Positions 40,695 to 50,649 of a DNA stretch of 64,000 bases are shown piece by piece. The stretch's first letter is position 1. Each line of letters opens with the position of its first letter. The DNA is taken from positions 4,032,001 to 4,096,000 of the forward strand of contig OZ253470.1 of NCBI GenBank assembly GCA_965261735.1. Reading direction: 5' to 3'. Origin of the DNA: Alphaproteobacteria bacterium (GTDB taxonomy: Bacteria; Pseudomonadota; Alphaproteobacteria; SHVV01). The notes beneath the pieces are model-generated. The model saw nothing but the letters and a program-made list of their open reading frames with translations, made no database searches and was not told the origin of the DNA. The translations under genes were made by a program, and so were the position numbers.

Positions 40695-42098
40695 ATGTCC
40701 GACGATATCGCTTACATGCCTGTGACCGAGCTCGTGGAGCGCTTTCGCGCCAAGAGCCTGTCGCCCGTCGAGGCGACGCGTGCGGCGTTCGATCGCATCG
40801 CGGCGCACGACGGCAAGACCAATGCCTATTGCCACCTCGACGAGGCCGGCGCCCTCAAGAGCGCCGCCGAGTCCGAGGCGCGCTGGGCCAAGGGTGCGCC
40901 GGTGGGCCGCCTCGACGGTGTGCCGCTGTCGGTTAAGGACACGCTCCATGCGAAGGGCATGCCGACGCGCTGGGGCTCAAAGACGACGAGCGATGCGCCG
41001 GAGCCCGAGGACACTTCCCCGGTGGCCAGCGTCCGCCGCCACGGCGCCGTGATACTCGGCAAGACCACTTGCCCCGAGTTCGCGCTCGGGCCGGTTACGA
41101 TCAGTCCACTGACCGGCATCACGCGCAATCCGTGGGACCTCGACAAAACATCCGGCGGCTCGAGCGGCGGTGCCTGTGCCGCAGTTGCCGCCGGCCTCGG
41201 CAATGCGGCGCTCGGCTCCGATGCGGGCGGCTCGATCCGTGTACCGTCCGCCCTGTGCGGCGTGGTCGGGCTCAAGGCGACGTGGGAGCTGGTCCCGTCC
41301 TACCCTTCCGCCGTCAACCCGAGCATCTCGTGCCTCGGGCCGATCACGCGCACGGTCGCCGACGCGGCCCTGCTGCTCACTGTGATGTGCGAGCCCGATT
41401 GGCGCGACTGGCAGGCGATGCGCTACGACGGCACGGACTACGCGGCGGCCCTTGCGGGCGGGGTGAAGGGGATGAAGATCGCGTTCAGCCCGACCTTTCG
41501 CTTTGCCGAGAAGGTCGATTCCGAGGTCACGGCGCTGGTCGCGGCGGCGGCCCGCGCGTTTGCCGATCTCGGCGCCACCGTCGAGGAAGCCGACCCTGGC
41601 TTCGATGATCCCATCGACATTCTGCTCACATGCATCTTTCCGAACGTGGCGCGCCGGTTTCGCGATGCGACCCCGGAGCAGCTCGAGACGGTCAACGCCA
41701 ACATCCGCCAGGCCATCGAACGCGGAAAGAAGATAGAACTGGCGAACTACATCGAGGCGCAGGAGCGCCGCGCCGAGCTCGGCAAGCACCTCCAGCATTT
41801 TCACGAGACCTACGACCTGCTGCTCACGCCCACGGTCGCGGTCCCGGCGTTCTCGGCCGAGCGCTGGGTGCCCGAGGAGTTCGAGGATCACGAGAACGCG
41901 CGCGCGTGGATCCCGTTCTGCAACCCCTTCAACCTGAGCGGCCAACCGGCGATCTCGGTGCCGTGCGGCTTTACCGCCGCGGGACTTCCGGTGGGTCTAC
42001 AAGTCGTCGGCCCCCGCTTCGGCGATGCGGCGGTCTTACGCGCCGCGCACGCCTACGAGGCGGTCAACCCCGTGTCGGATCGCCGACCGTCCCTATGA
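40695..42098 (+). CDS. amidase (amidase-signature family)
   Basis: SVKD, GKTT, GGSSGG, GSDAGGSIRVPS, GLPVGLQ. Confidence 0.95.
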   Translation: MSDDIAYMPVTELVERFRAKSLSPVEATRAAFDRIAAHDGKTNAYCHLDEAGALKSAAESEARWAKGAPVGRLDGVPLSVKDTLHAKGMPTRWGSKTTSDAPEPEDTSPVASVRRHGAVILGKTTCPEFALGPVTISPLTGITRNPWDLDKTSGGSSGGACAAVAAGLGNAALGSDAGGSIRVPSALCGVVGLKATWELVPSYPSAVNPSISCLGPITRTVADAALLLTVMCEPDWRDWQAMRYDGTDYAAALAGGVKGMKIAFSPTFRFAEKVDSEVTALVAAAARAFADLGATVEEADPGFDDPIDILLTCIFPNVARRFRDATPEQLETVNANIRQAIERGKKIELANYIEAQERRAELGKHLQHFHETYDLLLTPTVAVPAFSAERWVPEEFEDHENARAWIPFCNPFNLSGQPAISVPCGFTAAGLPVGLQVVGPRFGDAAVLRAAHAYEAVNPVSDRRPSL

Positions 42099-42135
42099 GC
42101 CGACTCGTCCGCGCGTCCATAATGAGGGGCCGAGA

Positions 42136-43125
42136 ATGACGGTTGAGGACGTTACCTTCTACAGCGAAGGCACCAAGATGTGGGGCCGCCTCCACTTACC
42201 CGACGACCGGCGGCCCGACGCCCGCCATGCCTGCGTCATCAATCTCGCGGGCTTCGCCGGGACCTACGAGTACAAGGGCACCTCGGGCGATCTCGGTGCC
42301 CGCCTCGCACGCGCCGGCTACGCCGGCTTCGGATTCGACTATCGCGGCTTTGGCCGCAGCGAGGGCAAGCATCGGCTCGTGCACCCGCTCATGCAGGTGC
42401 GTGACGTGCGCAACGCCATCTCGTACTTGCAAACCCGGCCCGAGGTCGATGGCGGACGTATCGCGCTGTGGGGCCGCAGCTTCGGCGCCGCGATCGCGGC
42501 CTACACCGGACTGATCGACGAGCGCGTGGGCGCGGTCGTCGCCTATGCCGGCATCGGTGACGGCTATCGTTGGCTGCGCAACCTCATTCCCTTGCCGGAC
42601 TGGCAGGACCTGATGAAGGAGGCGGCCGAGGACCGCGAGCGGCGCGCGAGCACCAACGCGGCGCCGCAGGCGGTCTCGTCGTGGCAGCTCGTGCGCAAGC
42701 GCCAGGCCGATTACCTCGCCGATAGCGTCGACGAGGAAACCAAGGGCAATATCGGCGGCGAGATACTCCTTCAGTCTGCCGAAGCCGTGGCGGAGTTCGC
42801 GCCCGAGTCGGTGTTGCACCGGATGGCGCCGCGCCCGATTCTATTCATCCACGCCGAGTCCGATTCGTCGGTTCCGGCCAGCGAATCGGTCAGTATGTAC
42901 GAGCGTTGCGGCGAGCCGAAGGCGCTGTGGCTGCTACCCGAGTCCTATTCCAAGGGCCACTACGGGCTCTTTCAGGGCCAGAACGTCGATTCGGATGAGA
43001 CACCGTGGGCTCGGTTCACACGGCCCATCATCGGCTGGCTCCACGAGCACTTTCCCGTCGACCTACCGGATCGCTCGGTTCCGGGCGTGGTGCGAGGGTC
43101 TTTCTCGGGCGCCGGACCGCGCTAA
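42136..43125 (+). CDS. alpha/beta hydrolase (acylase/S15-like)
   Basis: FDYRGFGRSEG, WGRSFG nucleophile elbow, PRPILFIHAESD, GHY. Confidence 0.85.
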   Translation: MTVEDVTFYSEGTKMWGRLHLPDDRRPDARHACVINLAGFAGTYEYKGTSGDLGARLARAGYAGFGFDYRGFGRSEGKHRLVHPLMQVRDVRNAISYLQTRPEVDGGRIALWGRSFGAAIAAYTGLIDERVGAVVAYAGIGDGYRWLRNLIPLPDWQDLMKEAAEDRERRASTNAAPQAVSSWQLVRKRQADYLADSVDEETKGNIGGEILLQSAEAVAEFAPESVLHRMAPRPILFIHAESDSSVPASESVSMYERCGEPKALWLLPESYSKGHYGLFQGQNVDSDETPWARFTRPIIGWLHEHFPVDLPDRSVPGVVRGSFSGAGPR

Positions 43126-43140
43126 GCGCCGGCCGCTCGC

Positions 43141-44400
43141 CTACCTGACCGCGTCGTCGGGTTCCATCTCCATGAGTTCGGCGTAGTAGGACCAAAAGCC
43201 GCGGATCGGGATATCGCTCGTCTTGAAGGTTACGTGGTCGGGGATGGCGCCCGCTCCGCCCATCTCGATGACCGACACCGCGTCCTTGTCGGATCGGGTC
43301 GAGCGATGGGCGATCTCCACGGCCTCGCCGTCCTCCATCGAGATCAGCCCCGCGGGCCCCACGAGGTTCGACTGCAACAGGCGATGGTGTGTCATCGCCT
43401 CGTCGTCGCTCTCGTAGCCGAAGATCGTAAAAACGAGCTCGAAGGAGTCCGTCCCCTTGGGGCGTATCTGCCGTGTTGCCAGGCTGTTGTCGATCTGCTG
43501 GACACAGGCGTTGGGAAACACCGAGCAGATCGAGATGGTGACGCCGTCGTCGTACTCCGGATGGTAGTGCACCATCCCTGGCTCGCGCAGCGTGAGTATG
43601 CCCTCGCGCACTTTCTCCTCCTTGTAGGCCTTGTGGGCCTCCTCGTCCGAGTCCGTGCCCTGCTTGCTGTAGGAGATGCTGTGGCGATGGCGCGGGTCCA
43701 TCCTGGCGCCGCCTTCCTGGGTAATGCGGGCAATCGCGAAGGTGGTCTGGAACTCGTGCAGCAGGCTGCCGTGGTATTGGTCGCGCAGGTTCTCGTTGTA
43801 GAACTTCCAGTTGCCGTGGATGCGCTGCCGCTGGTAGCCGAGCACGCGCACCGGGCTGTGGAAGACCCGCGCGAGATGGGCGGCATGGGTTGGCCCGAGA
43901 TAGTCGATCAACGGCTCGACGTCGTTGGCGAAGGTCGCGAACAGCACACCGCAATAGCTCTCGACGCGGAGCTTCTCGAGGCCGTGGGCGCCCTGGTCGA
44001 AATCGGGGCTGAGCCCGCCCTTGCCGCCAACCCCGCGCTTGAAGGGAATGCCGATGAGGTTGCCCCGCCGGTCGTAGCACCAGCGGTGGTAGATGCAGGT
44101 GTGATCGGCGCTATTCCCGTAGAGCTCGCGGCACACGGTGGCGCCGCGATGGGCGCAGCGATTGACGAAGGCGTAGACCTGGCCGTCGTCGTCGCGGTTG
44201 TAGACCACGGGCGTATCGCCAAGCCAGGTAGTGCGGAAGTCGCCCGGGTTTGGCACCTCGGCCTCGAGGCCGAGGAAGAGCCACACGGGCCCGCGGAAGA
44301 TGCGCTCCATCTCGCGCGCGTAGATATCCGCGTCGTGGTAGAGCGAGTAGGGGACGCGCGAGTAATCTTTGCGCGGCCAGGCGAACTCTCTTGCGTCCAT
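43141..44400 (-). CDS. Rieske oxygenase alpha subunit (NagG-like), paralogue 3, no adjacent beta subunit
   Basis: NRCAHRG..CIYH; NWKFYNEN..DQYHGSLLH; SMEDGE; RGFWSYY. Confidence 0.92.
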   Translation of the reverse strand: MDAREFAWPRKDYSRVPYSLYHDADIYAREMERIFRGPVWLFLGLEAEVPNPGDFRTTWLGDTPVVYNRDDDGQVYAFVNRCAHRGATVCRELYGNSADHTCIYHRWCYDRRGNLIGIPFKRGVGGKGGLSPDFDQGAHGLEKLRVESYCGVLFATFANDVEPLIDYLGPTHAAHLARVFHSPVRVLGYQRQRIHGNWKFYNENLRDQYHGSLLHEFQTTFAIARITQEGGARMDPRHRHSISYSKQGTDSDEEAHKAYKEEKVREGILTLREPGMVHYHPEYDDGVTISICSVFPNACVQQIDNSLATRQIRPKGTDSFELVFTIFGYESDDEAMTHHRLLQSNLVGPAGLISMEDGEAVEIAHRSTRSDKDAVSVIEMGGAGAIPDHVTFKTSDIPIRGFWSYYAELMEMEPDDAVR

Positions 44401-44614
44401 CGTTTGCTCCGTCCGCGGTCACGCGGGGTCGCCTACCGCCACCAGCAGGATAGGCCGGCAAAGCGACGATCTGTCAAGGCGTGAGGCGCCTGGCCTGGGC
44501 GCCTTGGGCGCTTGTGCGCGGGCATCATTTCTGATGTGATCGCCGCGATCGAAAAAGAGGGGCGGGGCGGCCGAGACGCCGTTGCCAACAAGAACAACTC
44601 GCAGGGAGGAGCGC

Positions 44615-45820
44615 ATGGCCGCGCCACGCCAAGAGATTCGGCTCGAGGACAAGCTGCCCGAGCCCATCAGCCACTACACGGACGCCGTGCGCTGCGGCGA
44701 CTTCCTGTTCATGTCCGGCGCCGGCCCGTTCGACAAGGACCTGAAACTCATTGGCCAGGGCGACGTCGCGGCTCAGGCGCGGGCGACCTGCGAGAACATC
44801 GAGAAGATGCTCGACGCCGCCGGGATGTCGTTCCAGGACATCGCCTACTTCAAGATCCTGCTCGATAACGTGCGCGACCAGGACAAGATCAATCCGGTGC
44901 GCCAGACCTTCTTCGGCGATGCGCGGCCGACAGGCGTACTCGTCGGCGTCCAAGAGCTCGCGCTTCCGGGCATGATGATCGAGATCGAGGCTGTCGCCTA
45001 CAAGCCGAGCGGCGGCGCGCCGGCGCGCCAGGAGATCGTCGTCGACGGGCTCGCTCCGCCCCGTCACCATGAGACCCACGTCGTCAAATGTGGCGACTTC
45101 GCTTTCTTCTCGCTGATGGGGCCGCTCGATGCCAACGGCAATGCCGCGCACGTCGGTGATCCGCTGGCCCAGGCCGAGGTCTCGCACCAGAACATGCAGC
45201 GCATGGCCGAGGCCGCCGGCATGGACTTATCCGACGTTGCCAAGGTGACGGTGTGGATCGAGAAGGTCGCGGACCGCCAGCTCCTCAACCCGGCGCGGGC
45301 GAAGTATTTCGGAAAAGGGCGACCGACCAGCGCCATGATCGGCACCAAAGAGCTTGCCGTTCCGGGTCTTCACCACGCCATCGAATGCATTGCCTACAAG
45401 GCGAGCCCCGGGAATGCGCCGCGCAAGGAATGGGTGGTGGAAAACTACCGCGAGCCGATCAGCCACTACACCGATGCCGTGCAGTGCGGCGACATCCTCT
45501 TCGTCTCCGGTGCCGGCGGGATCAACAAGGACCTGAGCGTGGTCGGCGAGCGCGACTGCGAGATGCAGGCCGAGAAGACCTTCGAAAACATCGGACGCAT
45601 GCTCGATGCGGCCGGGTTCACCTTCGACGAGGTCGTCAAGGTCAGCGTCTACCACACGCACGTGTTGGAGCGGACGATGATCAATCCGGTGCGCAAGAAG
45701 GTTTTCCCCAACACCCTGCCGGCGAGCACGCTATTCGGCATCAAGGAGCTGGCCCTCGAGCCACTACGGCTGGAGATCGAATCTGTTGCCTACCGGGCCG
45801 GTGCCGGCAAGGCGGCGTAG
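44615..45820 (+). CDS. protein with three tandem Rid/YjgF domains
   Basis: EPISHYTDAV.CGD at 44660 and 45452 (264 codons apart), middle copy HHETHVVKCGD; each unit ends ELA.P...IE..AY. Confidence 0.88.
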   Translation: MAAPRQEIRLEDKLPEPISHYTDAVRCGDFLFMSGAGPFDKDLKLIGQGDVAAQARATCENIEKMLDAAGMSFQDIAYFKILLDNVRDQDKINPVRQTFFGDARPTGVLVGVQELALPGMMIEIEAVAYKPSGGAPARQEIVVDGLAPPRHHETHVVKCGDFAFFSLMGPLDANGNAAHVGDPLAQAEVSHQNMQRMAEAAGMDLSDVAKVTVWIEKVADRQLLNPARAKYFGKGRPTSAMIGTKELAVPGLHHAIECIAYKASPGNAPRKEWVVENYREPISHYTDAVQCGDILFVSGAGGINKDLSVVGERDCEMQAEKTFENIGRMLDAAGFTFDEVVKVSVYHTHVLERTMINPVRKKVFPNTLPASTLFGIKELALEPLRLEIESVAYRAGAGKAA

Positions 45821-45899
45821 CTGACGGGCGCCGCTGCCGCCCGCACCCGGCCGACATCAGGCTGGGGCGCGGCCGCCGCGCCCGTTTTCGCGAACCGCC

Positions 45900-46781
45900 A
45901 TGTCTTTGGCTGAGCACGCGTCGCGGATCAACGCGCCGGGGCGTGCGATCGCTTACGCGCTGCTCTCCAGCTTCCTGCTGACCAGCAACGACGCCGTCGT
46001 CAAGTGGATATCTGGCGACCTCGCCGTCGGCGAGATCATCTTCCTACGCGGCGCGGTCTCGATCGTGGCGATCTTGGCCTATGCCGCGCGCCACGGCGGC
46101 TTCGCGGCCCTCAGGGTGAGCAACTGGCGCGGCCAGACGGTTCGCGGCGCGTGCATGGTCGGCGGCACCTTCTTGTTCGTTACCGCGCTCGGCAGGATGC
46201 CGCTCGCCGACGTGATCACGCTGGTTTTCATCGCCCCCATCCTCATTGCCGCGGTATCGCCATTCGCGCTCGGCGAGCCCGTCGGCTGGCGCCGCTGGTC
46301 TGCCATCGTCTGTGGATTTGTCGGCGTGATCGTGATGCTGCGGCCCGGCGCGGAGTTCTATTGGGCCGCCCTGTTGCCGCTCGCCGCGGCCTCGTTGGGG
46401 GCGACGCGAGACATCGTCACCCGCCGCATCAACCTCACCGAATCCTCGCTCGCGATGCTCTTTTACACCACGGTCATGGAGACGCTGGCTGGCCTCGCGA
46501 CCGCACCGTTCGGCTGGCAGATGCCTTCGGTCGGCACCCTCCTGCTCGTTGCCGCCACGGCGCTGCTGTTCGCGACCTCGCAGTTTCTCAACATCGAGTC
46601 GCTGCGTTTCGCGCAAGTCGTCGCCATCGCCCCCTTCCGCTACGCGCATCTGATTTGGGCGGTCGGCTTCGGTTATCTGCTCTGGGGCGACATCCCCGAC
46701 GGCTGGACCATGAGCGGGGCGACGATCATCGTCGCCAGCGGCCTGTTCATTTTCTACCGCGAAACCCGCCGTCAGGCGTAA
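45900..46781 (+). CDS. DMT/EamA family transporter
   Basis: about 10 hydrophobic segments, LGEPVGWRRW, APFRY, WGDIP. Confidence 0.9.
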   Translation: MSLAEHASRINAPGRAIAYALLSSFLLTSNDAVVKWISGDLAVGEIIFLRGAVSIVAILAYAARHGGFAALRVSNWRGQTVRGACMVGGTFLFVTALGRMPLADVITLVFIAPILIAAVSPFALGEPVGWRRWSAIVCGFVGVIVMLRPGAEFYWAALLPLAAASLGATRDIVTRRINLTESSLAMLFYTTVMETLAGLATAPFGWQMPSVGTLLLVAATALLFATSQFLNIESLRFAQVVAIAPFRYAHLIWAVGFGYLLWGDIPDGWTMSGATIIVASGLFIFYRETRRQA

Positions 46782-46796
46782 GGGCGGGGTGGTGCC

Positions 46797-47744
46797 CTAG
46801 GTCCCGCCCTCGACCACCGGGTTGACCAACTCGCCGAGGCCGCTGCCGGTGATGGTCACGGTGTCGCCCGGCTTGAGGTACTTGGGCGGATCGTGGAAGG
46901 CGCCGACGCCGGCGGGAGTCCCGGTATAGATCGCGTCGCCCGGGTCGAGCGTCACGAACTGGGCCACATAGGCGACGATTTGGGCGACGTCAAACAGCAG
47001 GTTCCGCGTATTGTCCTCCTGGCGCAGCTCGTCGTTGACCCAGCATTTGAGATCGATCTCGGGTGGTGCCGAGAATTCGTCGGCGGTCACGACGTAGGGG
47101 CCGAGGCAGGCGCAGGAATCGAAGCTCTTGGCGAGCGACGTCTGCGCGAGGTCGTTGTCGAGCTGTAGCTCACGCGCGCTGACGTCGTTGCCGAGGGCGT
47201 AGCCGGCGACGCAATCGAGGCCGTCCGCACGGGCGATACCCTTGGCCTTCTTGCCGATGATGATCACCAGCTCGGCCTCGTAGTCGAGCTTGGCCGTAGC
47301 GCCGCGAACGATTGCTTCGCCGGGTCCGATGACCGACTGCGCCAGCTTGAAGAACATGCGCGGCTCTTCGGATTTCTGAACCGCGGCCTCGTCGGCATGC
47401 GGGGCGTAGTTGCGCCGCACACCGAAAATCTTATGCGGGCGAAGGGGCGCGAGCAGTTGCACCGTATCCAACGCCGCCACCAGGGGGCGTTCGTCGGACT
47501 GGGTCGAGCGCGCGTTTGCCGCATGGACCATGGCCTCACGGGCCGCCTCCTCGCTCACCGGCGCGGCTTGAAGGAAGGCGACGAGATCGGGCGGCAGGAT
47601 GGCCTGAGCCAGTCGTTCGGCCGCGAACACACCGCGTGCCGCGAGTACGCCGGCATAGGCGGCGGCAAGATCGACCACATGACTATCGTCGAGCAGGGCG
47701 CCGAGCCGTGCCTCGCCGTTGCGGCGGTATGCCAGGTATCTCAT
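46797..47744 (-). CDS. fumarylacetoacetate hydrolase family protein
   Basis: NY..H, DYEAEL, NDVSAR, AKSFD, TGTPAGVG. Confidence 0.92.
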   Translation of the reverse strand: MRYLAYRRNGEARLGALLDDSHVVDLAAAYAGVLAARGVFAAERLAQAILPPDLVAFLQAAPVSEEAAREAMVHAANARSTQSDERPLVAALDTVQLLAPLRPHKIFGVRRNYAPHADEAAVQKSEEPRMFFKLAQSVIGPGEAIVRGATAKLDYEAELVIIIGKKAKGIARADGLDCVAGYALGNDVSARELQLDNDLAQTSLAKSFDSCACLGPYVVTADEFSAPPEIDLKCWVNDELRQEDNTRNLLFDVAQIVAYVAQFVTLDPGDAIYTGTPAGVGAFHDPPKYLKPGDTVTITGSGLGELVNPVVEGGT

Positions 47745-47862
47745 GTTCCCCCAACCATTGGCTGGCGCGAAGATGCGACGATATCGCGCGCGCCCGCCGC
47801 GGTCCATAAGCCCGCGATAACGGCACGCTTCGAATGCGCCTGCGGGCGGGCGCCGAGGGTGC

Positions 47863-49015
47863 TAGTGGATTGATCGGAACGAAAGAGTCCGATTTGAGAT
47901 TCCGTATTGTGCGGTGTCATGCGAGTCTGTGCTATGCGCACCGGCATCCATTTTACTGTCACGTCTGGCGACCGTCAGCGATTGCAAGCTATCGTCGCGG
48001 ACCCGAAGAGCTCGCAGAAACATGTCTGGCGGGCGCGGATCATCCTGAAGAGCGACGAGGGGCTCGGGAACTCGTCGATCATGGCCGAGACCGGCAAGTC
48101 CAAGACCTGTGTCTGGCGCTGGCAGGAGCGGTTCATGCACGAGGGTGTCAACGGCTTGCTTCGCGACAGGTCCCGTCCGCCTGGCAAAGCGCCGATCCCG
48201 CCGGAGCGCGTCGCCGAGATCGTCCGCCTGACCCAGCAAGCGCCGCCGCACGAGGCGACCCACTGGACGCTGCGCGCGATGGCGAAGGTTGCTGGCGTCG
48301 CGGCGTCGACGGTCCAAGCGATCTGGAAGGCCCATGGCCTCAGCCCGCACCGCTGGCGGCACTTCAAGCTCTCCAATGATCCCGCCTTCGCCGAGAAGCT
48401 CACAGATATCGTCGGCTTGTATGTCGATCCGCCGGCCCATGCCGTGGTGCTGTCGGTTGATGAGAAATCACAGATCCAGGCGCTCGACCGCACCCAACCC
48501 GGCTTGCCGATGAAGAAGGGCCGCGCCGGTACGATGACCTATGATTACAAACGGCATGGCACGACGACGCTGTTCGCCGCGCTCAACGTGCTGGACGGTA
48601 CGGTCATCGCACAGAACATGCAGCGCCACCGCCATCAGGAGTTCATCCGCTTCCTCAACCGCATCGAGCGCGAGGTGCCGACGGACAAGGCCGTCCACGT
48701 CATCCTCGACAACTACGCCGCGCACAAGAAGGACAAGGTCCGCGCCTGGCTCGCCCGCCATCCACGCTGGACCTTCCACTTCACGCCAACCTCGTGCTCG
48801 TGGCTCAATGCCGTCGAGGGCTTCTTCGCCAAACTAACGCGGCGCAGGCTCAAATACGGCGTCTTCCAATCCGTCGTCGACCTTCAGGCCGCCATCAACC
48901 GATTTGTCCGCGAATACAATGACGCAAACCCAAAACCCTTCATCTGGAAAGCCGACCCCGATCATATCATCGCCGCACGAAACAGAGGGTTCCAAACGTT
49001 GGAATCAATCCACTA
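47863..49015 (+). mobile_element. IS630-family insertion sequence, apparently intact
   Basis: CTAG at both ends (TA duplication); IRs GTGGATTGATCGGAACG and GTGGATTGATTCCAACG (reverse complement). Confidence 0.92.
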
Positions 49016-49016
49016 G
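47934..49016 (+). CDS. IS630-family transposase
   Basis: VDEKSQIQAL, YKRHGTTTLFAAL, ILDNYAAHK, SWLNAVEGFF. Confidence 0.95.
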   Translation: MRTGIHFTVTSGDRQRLQAIVADPKSSQKHVWRARIILKSDEGLGNSSIMAETGKSKTCVWRWQERFMHEGVNGLLRDRSRPPGKAPIPPERVAEIVRLTQQAPPHEATHWTLRAMAKVAGVAASTVQAIWKAHGLSPHRWRHFKLSNDPAFAEKLTDIVGLYVDPPAHAVVLSVDEKSQIQALDRTQPGLPMKKGRAGTMTYDYKRHGTTTLFAALNVLDGTVIAQNMQRHRHQEFIRFLNRIEREVPTDKAVHVILDNYAAHKKDKVRAWLARHPRWTFHFTPTSCSWLNAVEGFFAKLTRRRLKYGVFQSVVDLQAAINRFVREYNDANPKPFIWKADPDHIIAARNRGFQTLESIH

Positions 49017-50078
49017 TTAGTCGAGCCGCGTCATGACCTCTTGGCTGAACTTGTTGACCATCCGAAGGCGCTCCTGGTGCGTGGCCGCCGTCGGGTCGCT
49101 CGTCTGCCCGTAGAGGAACAGGATCCATTGGGTCAGGCCCTCGGTCCGCGCGAGCTCGTTCATGCGCTCGGCGACGCCCTCCGAGGTCCCGAGCAGGCGC
49201 GGCGAACGCGACATCAGCCAGTCGTAGAGGCCGAGCTCCTTGGCGCGGTCGACGAGCTGGGCTTCACGGTTCTTGCCTCGGTAGACGACCTTGAGATTGT
49301 GCTGGTCGGCATTGAGCTGCTTGACCTTCTCCTTGTAGTCCTCGGGAATGCCCTTACCCTCGAGGCTGCCCATCGTGAGCCAGCGCGGCATCCAGCCGAG
49401 ACTGCGCTTGGCCGCGGCGTCATAGCTTTCGTCGAACACGAGCGGTGCGTTCCACCAGACATCGAAGGTCGCCGGGTCCTTGCCGACGGCCCGCCGCCCC
49501 TCGTCGATGATGCGCCGAACGTCGGCCAGGTCCTCGGGTGCAAAGCCCATATGCACCACGGCGCCATCAGCGATCTCGGCCGCCAAGCGCAGAACCTTCG
49601 GGCCCGAGCACATCAGGTAGGTCGGCAGGTCGAACGGCTCGAAGCGCCATGCGGGCTTGAAGGTATGGCCGTCCCAGGTGATGTCCTCGCCCCGACAGAG
49701 GCGTTTGACGGCAACAGTGTAGTCGCGCAGGAGTTGTAGCTTGGCCGGGCTGCGCGCCATCGACCAAATCGCCGAATCGCCGGTGGCAATCCCGAACATC
49801 ATGCGCCCGGGTGCGAGCTCGTTGAGTGCCACGAAGGCGCCGGCCATGACCGTCGGGTGGCGGGTGATCGGGTTGGTGGCATAGCTCATGATCCGGGCCC
49901 TGGACGTCGATAGGGCGATGGCCGTGAGGCACACCACCATCTCGCGCACCAGGTTCTGCGAATCGGCCGGCCCGAGCACGTCGAGGCCCGCGTCCTCGCA
50001 GGCCTTCCACACCTCGATACCCTCCCGCACCGTATCGTGGGGCGGCATGTAGCTCAACTGCCATGCATGCTCAGCCAT
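49017..50078 (-). CDS. luciferase-like (LLM class) flavin-dependent oxidoreductase, Mer-like
   Basis: ADSQ, TNPITRHP, LNELAPGR..GIATGD, GPKVLRLAAEIADG; GGAGG before ATG 50078. Confidence 0.88.
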   Translation of the reverse strand: MAEHAWQLSYMPPHDTVREGIEVWKACEDAGLDVLGPADSQNLVREMVVCLTAIALSTSRARIMSYATNPITRHPTVMAGAFVALNELAPGRMMFGIATGDSAIWSMARSPAKLQLLRDYTVAVKRLCRGEDITWDGHTFKPAWRFEPFDLPTYLMCSGPKVLRLAAEIADGAVVHMGFAPEDLADVRRIIDEGRRAVGKDPATFDVWWNAPLVFDESYDAAAKRSLGWMPRWLTMGSLEGKGIPEDYKEKVKQLNADQHNLKVVYRGKNREAQLVDRAKELGLYDWLMSRSPRLLGTSEGVAERMNELARTEGLTQWILFLYGQTSDPTAATHQERLRMVNKFSQEVMTRLD

Positions 50079-50116
50079 GTCGGTCCTCCCTGCGGCATCG
50101 GTCTGGCGAATGCCGG

Positions 50117-50153
50117 AAAAAAAGGGCGGGACCGCCTCAATACGGTCCCGCCC
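50117..50153 (-). terminator. intrinsic terminator / stabilising hairpin after the SBP fragment
   Basis: 11-bp perfect stem GGGCGGGACCG with 8-nt loop, followed by T7 on the minus strand. Confidence 0.8.
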
Positions 50154-50170
50154 GTCAAGACTCTCGAAGA

Positions 50171-50405
50171 CTACTGCACCATGTAGACGCCCTCGAAGTC
50201 GTCCTTGTTGCCGAGGGCGTTGGTGATCACGTTTTTGAACTTGGTGTTGATGAAGTGGGGCTGCTGGACCTCCAGAAACCACACGAAGGCCACGTCATCG
50301 ACGAGCGTCTTCTGCAGTTCGCTGTAGATCTGGGCGCGTTTCTTGGGATCCATCTCCACGGCACCGCGGGCGAACAGGTCGTCCACCTTGGGGTTGGAGT
50401 AGCCC
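50171..50405 (-). pseudogene. 3' fragment of a family-5 (peptide/nickel) ABC substrate-binding protein
   Basis: GYSNPKVDDLF...DPKKRAQIYSELQK: SBP_bac_5 C-terminus; upstream sequence is unrelated. Confidence 0.75.
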
Positions 50406-50621
50406 GTTGCCAACGCCCTTCCAGACATCGACACGGAATGCGTGCAGGGGGCACTGGACCTCGGTGCCGTCGAACTCGCCTTCACCCAGTGATCCACCGG
50501 CATGCGAGCAACGATTGTTGATCGCCGCGCAATGCTCGCCAACTCGGAACACGGCAACCCTCAAACGTTCATTAACGTCGATGATTTTCGCGCCGTTGTC
50601 CGGGATATCGCTCAGTAGCAT
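50403..50621 (-). pseudogene. Rieske ferredoxin fragment
   Basis: NRCSHAGGSL...CPLH; C-terminus runs into the SBP fragment. Confidence 0.7.
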
Positions 50622-50649
50622 TCGCAGAGCATGGCGAACGGCGCTGTTT

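Noticed and set aside
44523-44550. Short palindromes between the divergent Rieske and triple-Rid genes
   Set aside because: Arms are only 5 bp and are not repeated at other promoters in the window
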